This document shows, piece after piece, positions 18,966 to 29,057 of a stretch of DNA of 64,000 bases; positions within the stretch are counted from its first letter, which is position 1; the number at the start of each line of letters is the position of its first letter. The notes beneath the pieces are model-generated. The model made no database searches. It worked only from the letters and a program-made list of their open reading frames with translations, and was not told the DNA's origin. The DNA is taken from positions 303,112 through 367,111 of the forward strand of contig JAOZFN010000007.1 in NCBI GenBank assembly GCA_027492205.1, in the 5' to 3' direction. Position numbers and translations under genes: made by a program. This stretch comes from Thermoproteota archaeon. GTDB lineage: Archaea; Korarchaeota; Korarchaeia; Korarchaeales; Korarchaeaceae.

Positions 18966-19381
18966 TAGGTGAGCACCTTTATCTTTCTTTCGGACTTATC
19001 GACTAGAATTACCTTTAACCTATCGATGCGCAAATCCTACGGAGCGCCCTCTCCGTCCTCTCATCTACATGCTGCGTGATGTGCAGAATTACGGCCTCCC
19101 TGCTGTAGAGTTCTCTTAGAGCTATGGCCTGATCGATTCCCGAGTAAAATCTCGAGTCAAGCTTTACCTCCACCGACAACCTCCCGCCGCTCTCGGAGAG
19201 GTCTACCTCGACGTCCGGATACTGGCTCGATCTCAGGATGGCCCTTATCTCAAGCGGGAGACTGGCGGCCTTGGCTCTGGCCGCAATGACAGCTTGGATC
19301 CGTCTCTCGTCTCGGAGCGCGCATATGTCGTCGATTGAGGAATCGAACCTGCGTTAGCAATTCGAGTGGGGAGGGGGACAT
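18965..19381 (-). pseudogene. Degraded small PD-(D/E)xK nuclease (two frameshifts)
   Basis: Manual translation: YPDVEVDL...RLSVEVKLDSRFYSGIDQAIAL; ATG 19381 and C-terminal LKVILVDK in other frames. Confidence 0.65.
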
Positions 19382-19594
19382 CGTGCTAGTCTGTTCGGTC
19401 TATTTTGTGATTGAGTTGCGCTCTCCGGCGTCTCGCCCCGAGTCTCTCTGCATGAGTCCCTCTATTCCCCTTGAGGACGCTCGACTCACGTGGGTCTGCG
19501 GGTTGGCGGGGGAGTCGGTCAGATGAAGGGCTGGGTGGAAGGGACGCTCGGCTACGTGGGAACTTTTATTTGTGGGTAGTGGGAAAATCAATCT

Positions 19595-19882
19595 GTGGGA
19601 GAAATGGTTGAGATGCTGAGGGTGGACAGGAGGGGGCGTGTGCTCATACCCTCCAGGGTCAGGAGGGAGCTCGGGATAGGCAGGGCCGTCCTCATGAGAG
19701 TCCAGGGAGGCAAGATCGTGCTGGAACCCGTCAAGGATCCGGTGGACGACCTCCGCGAGCTCGTGACAAGAGGGCCGGAGAGCGTGGCCTCCGAGCTGAG
19801 GGGGCTCAGGAGGGCCGCCGAGGAGGAGGGCCTGGGCGAGGTGAGGAGGAGGTGGGGCGGCGACTCGTCGAGGCGGACCTGA
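19595..19882 (+). CDS. vapB: AbrB-family antitoxin
   Basis: RVDRRGRVLIPSRVRRELGI. Confidence 0.88.
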   Translation: MGEMVEMLRVDRRGRVLIPSRVRRELGIGRAVLMRVQGGKIVLEPVKDPVDDLRELVTRGPESVASELRGLRRAAEEEGLGEVRRRWGGDSSRRT

Positions 19883-20274
19883 TACTCTCGGCGATACTGC
19901 CGGGGGACCCCCTGGGGGAGGTGTCCAGGGAGGCCCTGTACTCGCTCGGCGGGGCCGCCCTGTCCCCCTACGCGCTCGTCGAGCTCGACCTGCTGGTCAG
20001 GTCCGGGAGGCTGGGGGTCAGGGACGAGGGGGCCTTCTTCTCGGCGCTCGGGAACCTGCTGGGGCTGGCTGGCCTTCGACCGCTGCCCCCCGAGCCGCGG
20101 TACCACGCGAGGGCCGCCGGGCTCAGGTCCGAGTACCCTGAGCTGACGTTCTTCGACAGCCTTCACGCCGCCGTGGCCGTGGAGGGGGGTTACAGGATAG
20201 TCAGCTACGACCGGGTGTACGACGCCGTAGATGGGTTGGAGAGGGTGGACCCCAGGTCTCTGGCGCGGGGGTGA
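19852..20274 (+). CDS. vapC: PIN-domain toxin
   Basis: LVEADLIL...LTFFDSLHAAVA...SYDRVYD. Confidence 0.88.
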   Translation: MGRRLVEADLILSAILPGDPLGEVSREALYSLGGAALSPYALVELDLLVRSGRLGVRDEGAFFSALGNLLGLAGLRPLPPEPRYHARAAGLRSEYPELTFFDSLHAAVAVEGGYRIVSYDRVYDAVDGLERVDPRSLARG

Positions 20275-20422
20275 GGGGCCCTCCTCCTCAGGGGCGGTCC
20301 GATGGATCCCGGCTTGAAGGACTCAAGAGGGGAGACGTCTCGAAGCCCGCCCCGCCCAGCTGCGGGGACGGGGAGCGCCCCGATGGACGGTCTCGAATTG
20401 GGCGGTCGGCCGTCCTCGTGGA

Positions 20423-21403
20423 TCAGTCGAGGTCCCTGTGCTCGAGGATCAGGAGTGAGAGCAGGACGCTCAACACCAGGGTGAGGTGCATCGATAGGAA
20501 GGCGGTCTCCGGGCTTGGCCTGAAGCCCACCAGCTCGGCTCCTTGGGGGGAGCGGTTCAGCCAGTGGGTCAGCGCCAGCCTGGCGTCGTTCTCGAAGTTG
20601 AGGTAGAAGAGGCTCTCGGCCACCCTCCTGCCCATTCCGCCGGGGATGATCGTCGGCAGCAGGCTGGAGCCCATTGCAACGCCGAAGTAGTAGCCTAGAA
20701 CGCCCAGTATGGGCAGGAAGCTCCTCTTGGTGAAGACCGATATGAGCAGGGTGACCCCGGCAACGACCATGCAGTACTCCCACGTGACGAGCACCATCTT
20801 GGCCAGGTCGTCCGAGAGCAGCTGGAGGGCCTTGGCAACTCCGGAGGGCGACGGAAAGAAGGCCGCGGAGAACAGGGCGGCGATGCCGATGTAGGTGACC
20901 GCGACCAGGCCAAGGGTCGCGAGGGAGAAGACGAGGAGCTTGGATGCGACGACGACGCTCCTCAGGGTCGGCTTCGTGGCAATCACGTTGAGGGAGCCTG
21001 AGCTCCTACCTCCCGCTATGAACTCGCTCACGACAATCGCGACCACGACCAGGGAGGGGAGGCTGAGCCAGTAGCCGGAGGCGAGGTCCAGCAGCCCGCC
21101 TACGATCCCCCTCTCGAATCCCCTTCCCAGCAGGTCGACGATGTCCGACACGCTCCTGCCGGGGTAGGTCAGCCTCAGGAGCTCGGCGTTCTGGGGCGCG
21201 GCGGGGAGGAGGGAGAGCCCCGCGATGTAGACGACGATCCCCAGGGGTGTCAGCATTATCACCAGGTAGGCCGCGAACCTCCCGCTGGCGAGGGTGAGCC
21301 TGGCCTCCAGCGGGATCAGCCTCGCGAGCTTCACCAGCTCCTCCCTTGCCGAGCAGCCTCTGAACCTCTCCAAGAAGGGCGAGGTCAACTCAGCTCCCCT
21401 CAC
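20423..21403 (-). CDS. ABC-2 type transporter permease
   Basis: Hydrophobic; SEFIAG..SSGSL...TKPTLR.VVVASK signature. Confidence 0.85.
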   Translation of the reverse strand: MRGAELTSPFLERFRGCSAREELVKLARLIPLEARLTLASGRFAAYLVIMLTPLGIVVYIAGLSLLPAAPQNAELLRLTYPGRSVSDIVDLLGRGFERGIVGGLLDLASGYWLSLPSLVVVAIVVSEFIAGGRSSGSLNVIATKPTLRSVVVASKLLVFSLATLGLVAVTYIGIAALFSAAFFPSPSGVAKALQLLSDDLAKMVLVTWEYCMVVAGVTLLISVFTKRSFLPILGVLGYYFGVAMGSSLLPTIIPGGMGRRVAESLFYLNFENDARLALTHWLNRSPQGAELVGFRPSPETAFLSMHLTLVLSVLLSLLILEHRDLD

Positions 21404-22304
21404 CCACGATCCTCACGAAGGCCTCCATCAGCCCGCCTCGTGTCGAGAACCGCCTGAGGACGAGTCCCTCGTCGAGCACGAACCTAAGTATCTCCCGCTG
21501 GACCTCCCTGGCTGCCTCGCGTTCGGGCCGGACGATCAGCCTGCTTCCGATCCTGCTGACCTCGACGCCCAGTCTCTTGAGGTGGGCCTCCAGCGCATCC
21601 GACCTGTCGACGCTCACCTCGAACGTCGGCGTCTCGCCGGCGAGTTCGTCAACGGGCCCACAGCCCCTCACCCGGCCCTCGAGCATGATGGCGGCGTGGT
21701 CCACTATCAGCTCGGCCTCGCTGAGGACGTGCGTCGACACCAGGGTCGTTATCCCTTCCCCCCTCGAGAGCTCCCTGATCTTGTTCATCACCTCCAGCCT
21801 GCCCATGACGTCTAGGTTCTGCGTGGGCTCGTCGAGTACGACCACGTCGGGGCTTCCCATCAGGGCCTGGGCCACTCCGAGCCTGCGCTTCATCCCTGCC
21901 GAGAGGTTTCCGAACCTCTCGCGCTCCCAATCCTTGAGCCCTATCCACTCGAGCATCCTCGACGCCTCTTCCCTGGCCTCTTCCCTGCTCATCCCCCACA
22001 GCAGGCCCACGTACTCGAGGAAGTCCATCAGCCTCCACCTTCCGTCTATGGAGAAGTCCTCTGGGAGGTATCCTATGTGTCTCCTGGCCCCTATGCTGCC
22101 GGCCGGGTATCCCATCACCGTCACCGACCCCCTGCTCGGCTTTAGGAGCCCCACGATGACCTTTATGGTCGTCGACTTCCCCGCCCCGTTTGGGCCGAAT
22201 AGCCCGAACACGGATCCCCTGGGAACCTCAAAGGTCGCGTCTCTCACGGCGGGGAAGTCACCGTAGTACTTCGCGAGGCCCTTCACCTCTATTGCGGGCG
22301 TCAC
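21390..22304 (-). CDS. ABC transporter ATP-binding protein
   Basis: GPNGAGKST, LSAGMKRR, LDEPT. Confidence 0.95.
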   Translation of the reverse strand: MTPAIEVKGLAKYYGDFPAVRDATFEVPRGSVFGLFGPNGAGKSTTIKVIVGLLKPSRGSVTVMGYPAGSIGARRHIGYLPEDFSIDGRWRLMDFLEYVGLLWGMSREEAREEASRMLEWIGLKDWERERFGNLSAGMKRRLGVAQALMGSPDVVVLDEPTQNLDVMGRLEVMNKIRELSRGEGITTLVSTHVLSEAELIVDHAAIMLEGRVRGCGPVDELAGETPTFEVSVDRSDALEAHLKRLGVEVSRIGSRLIVRPEREAAREVQREILRFVLDEGLVLRRFSTRGGLMEAFVRIVGEGS

Positions 22305-23596
22305 CTCTGTGACCTCCCTCCAGCACCCCCTCTCCTCGCCAGAAGGACGGTCAGGACCGTCGTCAGCGCGGGAAATGTGGAGAGGAAGGCGACGTAGTAG
22401 GGCCAGTATATGCTAACCTCCCGTCCGATCTCGCTCTTGAGGGAGACCACCCGGGCTCTCGTCGCGTTTGCCTCGGAGACGATCATCCTGTAGAGGATGC
22501 CGCTCACCGAATCATAATACGCCTTGATCCTGACATCCTCGCCTCGGCTGGAGAAGACCGCCGCCCTCCTGACGGCCCCCAGGAAGAAGTACCTTCCGTC
22601 ACCGTCGCGTGCGAGCTGGCGCCCTGAGACGTTCAGTTCTTCCACCGAGGGGTCGATCCAGTAGGGAATTGGCTCTCCACCCTGAATCGCCAGTCCGATC
22701 CTGGGGTCCATTCTCAGCGTCTCCATCTCTACCTCGTTCCCCACCTCGAGCCTCCCAACCAGCAGGTGGTCTTCCTCCCTCCCCTCGAGCCACAGGTATG
22801 TCCTGCCGCTGGAGACCGGCCTGAGGGTCCGATTTCCCAGGTCCTCCATTGTGACCTCGTCGAACCTCATGAGGAAGGGTCCGCACTCGTCGGCTCGCCC
22901 GGAGTTCTCCGAGGCTAGTGCGTGGATCGCCAGCGAGGCGATCAGGAGGGCTGAGATCAGGGCGACGATCAGGTGAGCCCTCCTCCTCCCCGAGGCGTAC
23001 CTGATCAGTAAGTAGGAGAGAAGCGGCAGCAGTATCGTGGAGGCCAACGAGAGGATTGTCGATCTCACCACCCCTCTCGGCAGGCTCGATTCCCCGGGCA
23101 GGACGAGCGTGTATCTGTCCTCGCCCTCGAAGCGCAGGTTTAGCGCTGGTCCCCCGCTCGCGTGGACCACCACGCTGAGCGTGGGGGACACCCTGACGAG
23201 CTTGCCGCCGGCTCCCGGCTCGCCGAACACGAGTCCCTCCCAGTGGATCAGGCCTGGAGTCGACAGGTTCTGCTGGAGCTTGTCCCCCTGGAGGGTGGAT
23301 CCGTTCACCTCCAGCGGGAGCCCGTCGTTCCCCCCAGCCAGCTCGACCAGCGATATCTGGCTCGGATCGAATGTGACCTCCAGAAAGAGGAGGGCCATGG
23401 AGGGCTCGTAGTCGTCCTCGGAATATTCCAGGGGCGGCTCGACGATCATCCTGACCGTGACGTTTACCCCTGCTCCGGAGAAGTTCTGGCTGGAGACAAT
23501 GGGCTCATATCCGACCCCGGGGTGCGTCGTCGCCTGTATGGCTGTCAGGGCTGTGGCGATGGATAGTAGAACTAGAACAAATTTGGGAGACGTCAT
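22301..23596 (-). CDS. Secreted/membrane-anchored protein co-transcribed with the ABC exporter
   Basis: Signal peptide, internal TM pair, C-terminal TM; GTGA overlap; TTTTATTA promoter at about 23622-23629. Confidence 0.7.
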   Translation of the reverse strand: MTSPKFVLVLLSIATALTAIQATTHPGVGYEPIVSSQNFSGAGVNVTVRMIVEPPLEYSEDDYEPSMALLFLEVTFDPSQISLVELAGGNDGLPLEVNGSTLQGDKLQQNLSTPGLIHWEGLVFGEPGAGGKLVRVSPTLSVVVHASGGPALNLRFEGEDRYTLVLPGESSLPRGVVRSTILSLASTILLPLLSYLLIRYASGRRRAHLIVALISALLIASLAIHALASENSGRADECGPFLMRFDEVTMEDLGNRTLRPVSSGRTYLWLEGREEDHLLVGRLEVGNEVEMETLRMDPRIGLAIQGGEPIPYWIDPSVEELNVSGRQLARDGDGRYFFLGAVRRAAVFSSRGEDVRIKAYYDSVSGILYRMIVSEANATRARVVSLKSEIGREVSIYWPYYVAFLSTFPALTTVLTVLLARRGGAGGRSQR

Positions 23597-23708
23597 CGGG
23601 TTTCTCTACCGCCGAAGGGCCCTAATAAAAGTGGTTCTGGCGGGGAGATCGCTCGAAAGGCGGATTCTCCTGTAGAGTGCTGTCTCAACGCGCTCATCCG
23701 GTGAGGCG

Positions 23709-25841
23709 CTACAGCACTTCGAGGATCTCCGAGTAGAGTGGCTTCAGTCTGGCTCTGGCCTCTACTTCGTCTAGGTGAGTTCCAGAGGCCGCTGCAAGAG
23801 CCCTGAGCACGTCTAGGTCGTATTCAGGCCTTTTCCCCTCGCCCCTCCCCGCCTCTCGGTACTGCTCGGGCAGGGGGGGCCATGTCGCCTCGGCGTACTT
23901 CCGGAACACCGAGTCCAGTCGCTCCACCACCTCGGGGTCGCCGAGGTCGGGCACCCGCATCGCGCGGAGGTGCCACACGTAGATGTGGCCGAACGCCCCC
24001 TCCACCGTCGTGAACATCGCCCTCAACCAGGCGACGGCGAAGGTGCTGTTCAGCCAGGCGCAGAGCGCCCTCTCCCTCCGGGGGTCCAGCCTGACCATGT
24101 GCGCCCTCGAGGAGGCTATTACCCGGGGGCTCCAAGTCGCGACGAGCGGCGTCGAGTCGAACCTCACGGCCTCGGGAACCAAGAGACGGCCACCTCTCTC
24201 CCTGTAGAACCTCTCGGCGTCTGCAGACTTTGGAGAGATCCTCTGGGCCAGGCGTGGGTCGAACTCGAGCCTGCCGAACGCCTCCCTGCCGGCGCTGCTC
24301 AAGATCATCAGCGCCCCCTCAGGGGAGTGGACGAACCTGGAGGAGAACTCGCGCCCCCTGAACCTCCTCGGGTTGGTCACCCTGAGGCCGGACGCGTCCG
24401 CGAGCCTCGTGAGCCTCGTCCTGAGGCCGGGCAGCCGCCCCCCGGTCATGCGCACGACGAGGCGCTCCACCATTTGGGGAAGCCCCAGGACGGGCGACAG
24501 GTTCCAGACGAACTCCTCCACCAGCCCGCGCCGAACGAGCCGGACCTCCGCCTCGGCGCGGCCGGCCCTCGTGATCCCCTGAGACCCCCTCCCGACGAGC
24601 CTCGCGACCTCGGCCGCGAGCAGGGCGCCCTCCAGGGGGGTCTCGGGCTGCCTCCTGAGGATCACCACGGCCGTCGGCGGGGGCGCGCCGCCCGCGGCCC
24701 CACCCCCTGCCTCGCCTTCCCCGCCCCCCAGCTTCCTCGCCACCACCAGCACCTCGGAGAGCTGGGTGGACTGGCTGAGGCTCTCACCGCCTCTGGGCAC
24801 CACGACGCACTCGAGGTGGTAGCCTGAGACCAGCGCGGCCCTCATCAGGAGGTACGCGGCCCCCTCGAGCGCCGCCCTGGGGAGGACCAGCGCCACCCTC
24901 CCGCCCGGCCTGAGGTGCCTGTCGGCCAGGAAGAAGAAGGGGAGCGCCGCCCCGGCCCTGAGTGGATCCACGCTCCCCCTGGTGAAGGTGCGCCCCTCCC
25001 CGACGAGTGCCCCGTAGATCCGCCTAACCCCCTCCCTCTCCACGGCGGAGGTCTCGACGTCTCTGACCAGGCGGGTGTACTCCGACCAGAGCCTCCGAAA
25101 TCCCTGGGGGGTGGTCGCGTAGTCGAATATCCTGGGCCTTGATCCCCCCCTCCCCGGGGCGGTGGTCCGGGAGAACGGGGGGTTCATTATCACGAGGTCG
25201 AACCTGGGAACGCGAACCTCAGCGGGGGGGAGATCTCGCCCCTCGAGGCCTCCCCACCAGAGGTCCAGAGATCCCAGCGAGCCCGACTCGTCCACCGGGA
25301 GGTGTCGCAGGACGACCCGTGTGTCGGAGCCCTTCCCCCGCGAGGTCAGGAACTCCCTCGCCGCTCTCAGGGCGTCCGCAGAGGCGTCAAACCCCCACAG
25401 GCACCCGCCCGGTCTGCCCCCGCCGCCCTCTCGACTGGGGTGCGCCTCCCCACCCCGCGCCGGCCCCTCGCCGGCCAGCCGCGAGAGTGTCTCGAGGGCG
25501 GCGTGGGACGCCACCAGGAGCACCCCCTCGCCGCAGGCGAAGTCGCACACCCAGAGGCCCCCGTCGGGATTCTCCGGGGGCCAGCCGTCTCCTGGGGAGA
25601 AGATCGCCAGGAAGGCCAGGAGGTACGCTATCGGCTCCCTCGTGTAGAAGGCCGCGTAGCCCTTCCTGGCGATCTGGTCTCCCGGGGGTCGGCGCGGGCG
25701 GGGACCCCCTCGTTCCCCGGTCGTCCCTCCCCCGGCGGACCCGCGATTCCACCGGCTGGCGAGTTCCGCCAGCGCGTCTGCTGCCGCGGCGGAGGTTGGA
25801 TCGCCGGGCGGGGCCTCACCCGGGGCGAGCTCAGGGGACAT
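23709..25841 (-). CDS. N6-adenine DNA methyltransferase (Type IIG-like MTase+TRD, no recognisable nuclease domain)
   Basis: AAFYTREP, motif I CDFACGEGVLL, motif IV MNPPFSR, WLNST; ATG 25841 preferred over the 940-aa ORF. Confidence 0.8.
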   Translation of the reverse strand: MSPELAPGEAPPGDPTSAAAADALAELASRWNRGSAGGGTTGERGGPRPRRPPGDQIARKGYAAFYTREPIAYLLAFLAIFSPGDGWPPENPDGGLWVCDFACGEGVLLVASHAALETLSRLAGEGPARGGEAHPSREGGGGRPGGCLWGFDASADALRAAREFLTSRGKGSDTRVVLRHLPVDESGSLGSLDLWWGGLEGRDLPPAEVRVPRFDLVIMNPPFSRTTAPGRGGSRPRIFDYATTPQGFRRLWSEYTRLVRDVETSAVEREGVRRIYGALVGEGRTFTRGSVDPLRAGAALPFFFLADRHLRPGGRVALVLPRAALEGAAYLLMRAALVSGYHLECVVVPRGGESLSQSTQLSEVLVVARKLGGGEGEAGGGAAGGAPPPTAVVILRRQPETPLEGALLAAEVARLVGRGSQGITRAGRAEAEVRLVRRGLVEEFVWNLSPVLGLPQMVERLVVRMTGGRLPGLRTRLTRLADASGLRVTNPRRFRGREFSSRFVHSPEGALMILSSAGREAFGRLEFDPRLAQRISPKSADAERFYRERGGRLLVPEAVRFDSTPLVATWSPRVIASSRAHMVRLDPRRERALCAWLNSTFAVAWLRAMFTTVEGAFGHIYVWHLRAMRVPDLGDPEVVERLDSVFRKYAEATWPPLPEQYREAGRGEGKRPEYDLDVLRALAAASGTHLDEVEARARLKPLYSEILEVL

Positions 25842-26412
25842 GGTGGACTCCCCCTCTGAGGGGGCGGCCGACGACCCGCCCCGGGGGACGCCCAGGCGGC
25901 GGATGGGTGACCTATGCGGGGCGAGCGGGGAGTTCAATGGGTCCCGCCTGACCCCGCGCGGGGATTGATAATAGCCTTCTCGGCGGCTGAAGTTCCCGCG
26001 GGCGCGAATCCCGGGAGTGGATCTCCTGCTCACTGCCTCAGGGGCTCCTCGATCTCTCGGAAGAACCTCCTCTCCCTCCGCCGAAACTCCCACAGCGGGG
26101 CGGCGGAGAGCTGCGAGCGAATGACCTGTGGGACCTTCTTTACGTTGAATGATACTACCACATTTGACATTTTCCTGTATAACCCATTGAACACAAAAAG
26201 CCTTGCTATTTAAGGATCGTGGTGAAAGATCCGACGCCTGCGCGCCCCTCTGGCCGCGCCCGGTCGCGTCCATCCCGTAGAGGTATATCTCCGTTTTCTT
26301 TGCTGTAGATTGCCAAGATTCGGGTCTTGGGGATCGCTTCACACCGCTGACGCCGGGGCCGCGACTTGCTTTATAACCTGTGGGCGGCCCGATTGCCGCA
26401 TGCTGCAGGGAG

Positions 26413-27249
26413 GTGATCGCCTTTTCCGGTGGAGGGGAGAGGCACCCGCTGGCGTTCCCCAGGGTGTTCAAGGCGGGAGGCCGCAGGGTGCTAGAGGTAT
26501 CGGTCCTCCTCGATAATCGGCCCGGCGCCATGGCCGGGGTCGCCAGCTATTTGGGGGAGAGGGGGGTGAACATCCTCTCGGGCGTCCACCACCATGTCGC
26601 TGAGGGCTGGGAGGACGAGGGGTGGTGGTGCTTCTTCGTGGAGTGCGACGAGGCCGAGGTCGACCGGGTTCGAGAGTGCCTGAGAGAGCTGGGACAGCTT
26701 GAGGGCGTGAGGCGCGTTCAGGTGTCGGAGGCGAACGTGGGGGGCCTGGCGGTGGACAGACACCACTCGGTCCAGCTCATGGGCGTCGACAGGGTGGTGA
26801 CCTTCAGGACTGGGTGGATAGACGGCATATTCCGCGAGATATACAGGAGGTGGGGAGACGACGGCCGCAGGATGATCTACCTCGAGGGATACTACGGGGG
26901 CAGAAAGAGCTATGGTTTCTGGAGGGAGGCGTTCGGCCTGGAGGGCAGAGAACTCGCGGAGGCCGCCCTGGAGCTGTGGGTCGTGCTGGGCTGGGCCGAG
27001 GACGTCCGGGTCGTGGAGTTCGATCGGGCGCGGGGCGAGGCGACCGTGAGGGTGTGGGGGTCCTTTGAGGCCATCCAGCCGTCAGAAGGCCTGGTCTGCC
27101 ACTTCCTGCTCGGGGCCGTCTCGGGGTTCCTGTCGGAGATGTTCGGCAAGCCCCTGTTCGGGCAGGAGACCAAGTGTCAAGCCGCCGGGGACGAGTACTG
27201 CGAGTTCGTGATAAGGGAGAAACCGTTCGTATTTGGGAGCGTGTCCTAA
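26413..27249 (+). CDS. ACT + V4R domain sensor protein
   Basis: LDNRPGAMAGVASYLGERGVNI (ACT); CHF..G...G...ETKCQAAGDEYCEF (V4R). Confidence 0.85.
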   Translation: MIAFSGGGERHPLAFPRVFKAGGRRVLEVSVLLDNRPGAMAGVASYLGERGVNILSGVHHHVAEGWEDEGWWCFFVECDEAEVDRVRECLRELGQLEGVRRVQVSEANVGGLAVDRHHSVQLMGVDRVVTFRTGWIDGIFREIYRRWGDDGRRMIYLEGYYGGRKSYGFWREAFGLEGRELAEAALELWVVLGWAEDVRVVEFDRARGEATVRVWGSFEAIQPSEGLVCHFLLGAVSGFLSEMFGKPLFGQETKCQAAGDEYCEFVIREKPFVFGSVS

Positions 27250-27489
27250 ACCGAGGGCTGCCGGACGATTGCCAGCAGAGATGCTCTAGAGCTTGCTGAG
27301 CCGCTCCACAGCCGAAACGAGTTCCGATCGAGATCGCCGCCAGCGGCCGATCCGGTGCCTATGGCAAGAATCACAAATTTGTCAAAGTTCGCGCGCGAGC
27401 CAGTGAGCGGAGGCGCGGCCCCTCCCAGGATCGCCGGCTCTCCCGGGGATCGCCCGGTGGGATCTCGGCGCACCTTTCAGGTCGGGATG

Positions 27490-28260
27490 GAATCCTCCTC
27501 TCGCGCGTGGGGTATCCACAAGGCGGTATCGGCCGTCCGGCACGCTCTCAGGGCCGCTTCCAGCGGTGAGAGGGTCCTCTATGTCTCGGTCACGCGCGGC
27601 CCCCGGCGTATCAGGGAGGCCGCGGAGCGCCTCGGAGTGGGCCTTTGGGAATTTGAGGAGCGCGGACTTCTGAGGCTCCTCCGCATCACGCCTGCCGCAA
27701 GGCAGGAGGGGGCCCAGCAAGCTCTGCTGGACTTCACAGAGGAGCTGAGGTCCTTCTCACCCGACCTGTCGTCATAGAAGGGCCGCGCTCTGTTCGCCAA
27801 CCTGTGCCTCTACACGCTTTTTGGGCCCTTCGGGGAAGGGTTCTACGGTTGGCAGAGGAGGGCGAGCTCGCCGACGTGGTCATCGCGAACGAAGAAGGAC
27901 TCGACCTCAACCCGGCTGCCAAGCAGTTCACCGTGGAGATGAGCAACGTGGTCGTCCGACTCGGCTGGGGGAAGATCGAGAACGTCCGAGTGAGGACCAT
28001 GAACATCTGAAGCGTTGGACTCGAGGTGGCCAGGCCTTCTCGGGAGTTCGTAATCTCCAAGGAGCTTGGAGGGGCCCTGGTGCTGGCCATCACCCGCAGC
28101 CTGTACGACCTCCCCGGTCGGGGAATCCCATTAGCTTGTGGTGAAGAAGCTGAAGGAACTCCTCGGAGGCGAGATCCCACGTGGATCCGTGACCGCGATA
28201 GTCGGTGGAACCGGCGCGGGCAAGGGGGAGCTGGCCGACATCTCGGCCGAGGTGCGAAAC
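27490..28260 (+). pseudogene. Decayed KaiC/RecA-superfamily ATPase (double domain)
   Basis: Fragments GERVLYVSV...AERLGVGLWEFEERGLL; NVVVRLG...REFVIS; LLGGEIPRGSVTAIVGGTGAGK, spread over different frames with stops. Confidence 0.7.
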
Positions 28261-28416
28261 GCGGTGGGAGGGTCCACGTGCTTAGCTTCGACCTGCCATG
28301 GTCCGACGTTGAGGCGCTCCCAAGGGGTCGAAGGGCGCGGTCATGCTGGTGGAGGGGGGTCCAGCCGTCCGGGGAGTTCGTCAAGAGCGCGGTGCGTCAA
28401 GCGACCACGCGCATTG

Positions 28417-28554
28417 CGAGAGCCTCGGCATCAGCTGGCTGAATCTCCATCGCGGGATATTGCGAATGAGAACCCCCGAGGGTGGGAGTGCGATCTGGGC
28501 CTGGTTGCCCAAGACCAAACCGCATCCGCCTTGCGGGCGGAGTTGCCCTCCCGA
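28417..28554 (-). ncRNA. Candidate structured ncRNA, copy 1 (homologous to 31977-32144)
   Basis: Shared blocks with copy 2, three-way junction with GNRA-type loops, TTTAAATA box at 28575-28582. Confidence 0.6.
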
Positions 28555-28691
28555 TATCGATTGGAGGGCGGGAGTATTTAAAGTAAGGGGGTCAAGCTGC
28601 GGAGATAGAACGTAAGAGAAGCCTTTGAATCGCATTCCGGCCTGTCGAGCTCGCTTTAAGTGGAAATGGGGTTACCTCCGAGACCTAGCCC

Positions 28692-29057
28692 TCAGCCCCT
28701 GGCCTTCACCAGCAGCCAGTTCTCCGACCCTCTCATCCTGATCAGGGCGTACTTGCCCCTCATCCTCCCTCCCCTGGCCACGAAGGTGATCTTGTCTGGG
28801 GTTCTCTCGAGGAGTTCGTACTCGCCCCGATCCCATATCCTGACCTCTCCTGCCCCGTAGTGCCCCTCGGGAATCACCCCCTCGAAGTCCGCATACTCCA
28901 GCGGGTGGTCCTCGGTCTGCACCGCCAGCCTCCTCACTCCCGGCTCCGTCGGGATCCCCTTCGGAATGGCCCACGACTTGAGGACGCCGTCCATCTCCAG
29001 CCTCAGGTCCCAGTGCAGCCTCCTCGCGTGGTGCTCTTGGACGACGAATATGGGCAT
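28692..29057 (-). CDS. Stand-alone LigD 3'-phosphoesterase (PE) domain protein
   Basis: FVVQEHHARRLHWDLRLE..GVLKSWAIPKG...TEDHPLEY...GHYGAG...WDRG. Confidence 0.93.
   Translation of the reverse strand: MPIFVVQEHHARRLHWDLRLEMDGVLKSWAIPKGIPTEPGVRRLAVQTEDHPLEYADFEGVIPEGHYGAGEVRIWDRGEYELLERTPDKITFVARGGRMRGKYALIRMRGSENWLLVKARG

Noticed and set aside
25842-26531. 230-aa N-terminal extension of the 940-aa MTase ORF
   Set aside because: Low-complexity translation that overlaps the divergent ACT-V4R gene and an AT-rich promoter region
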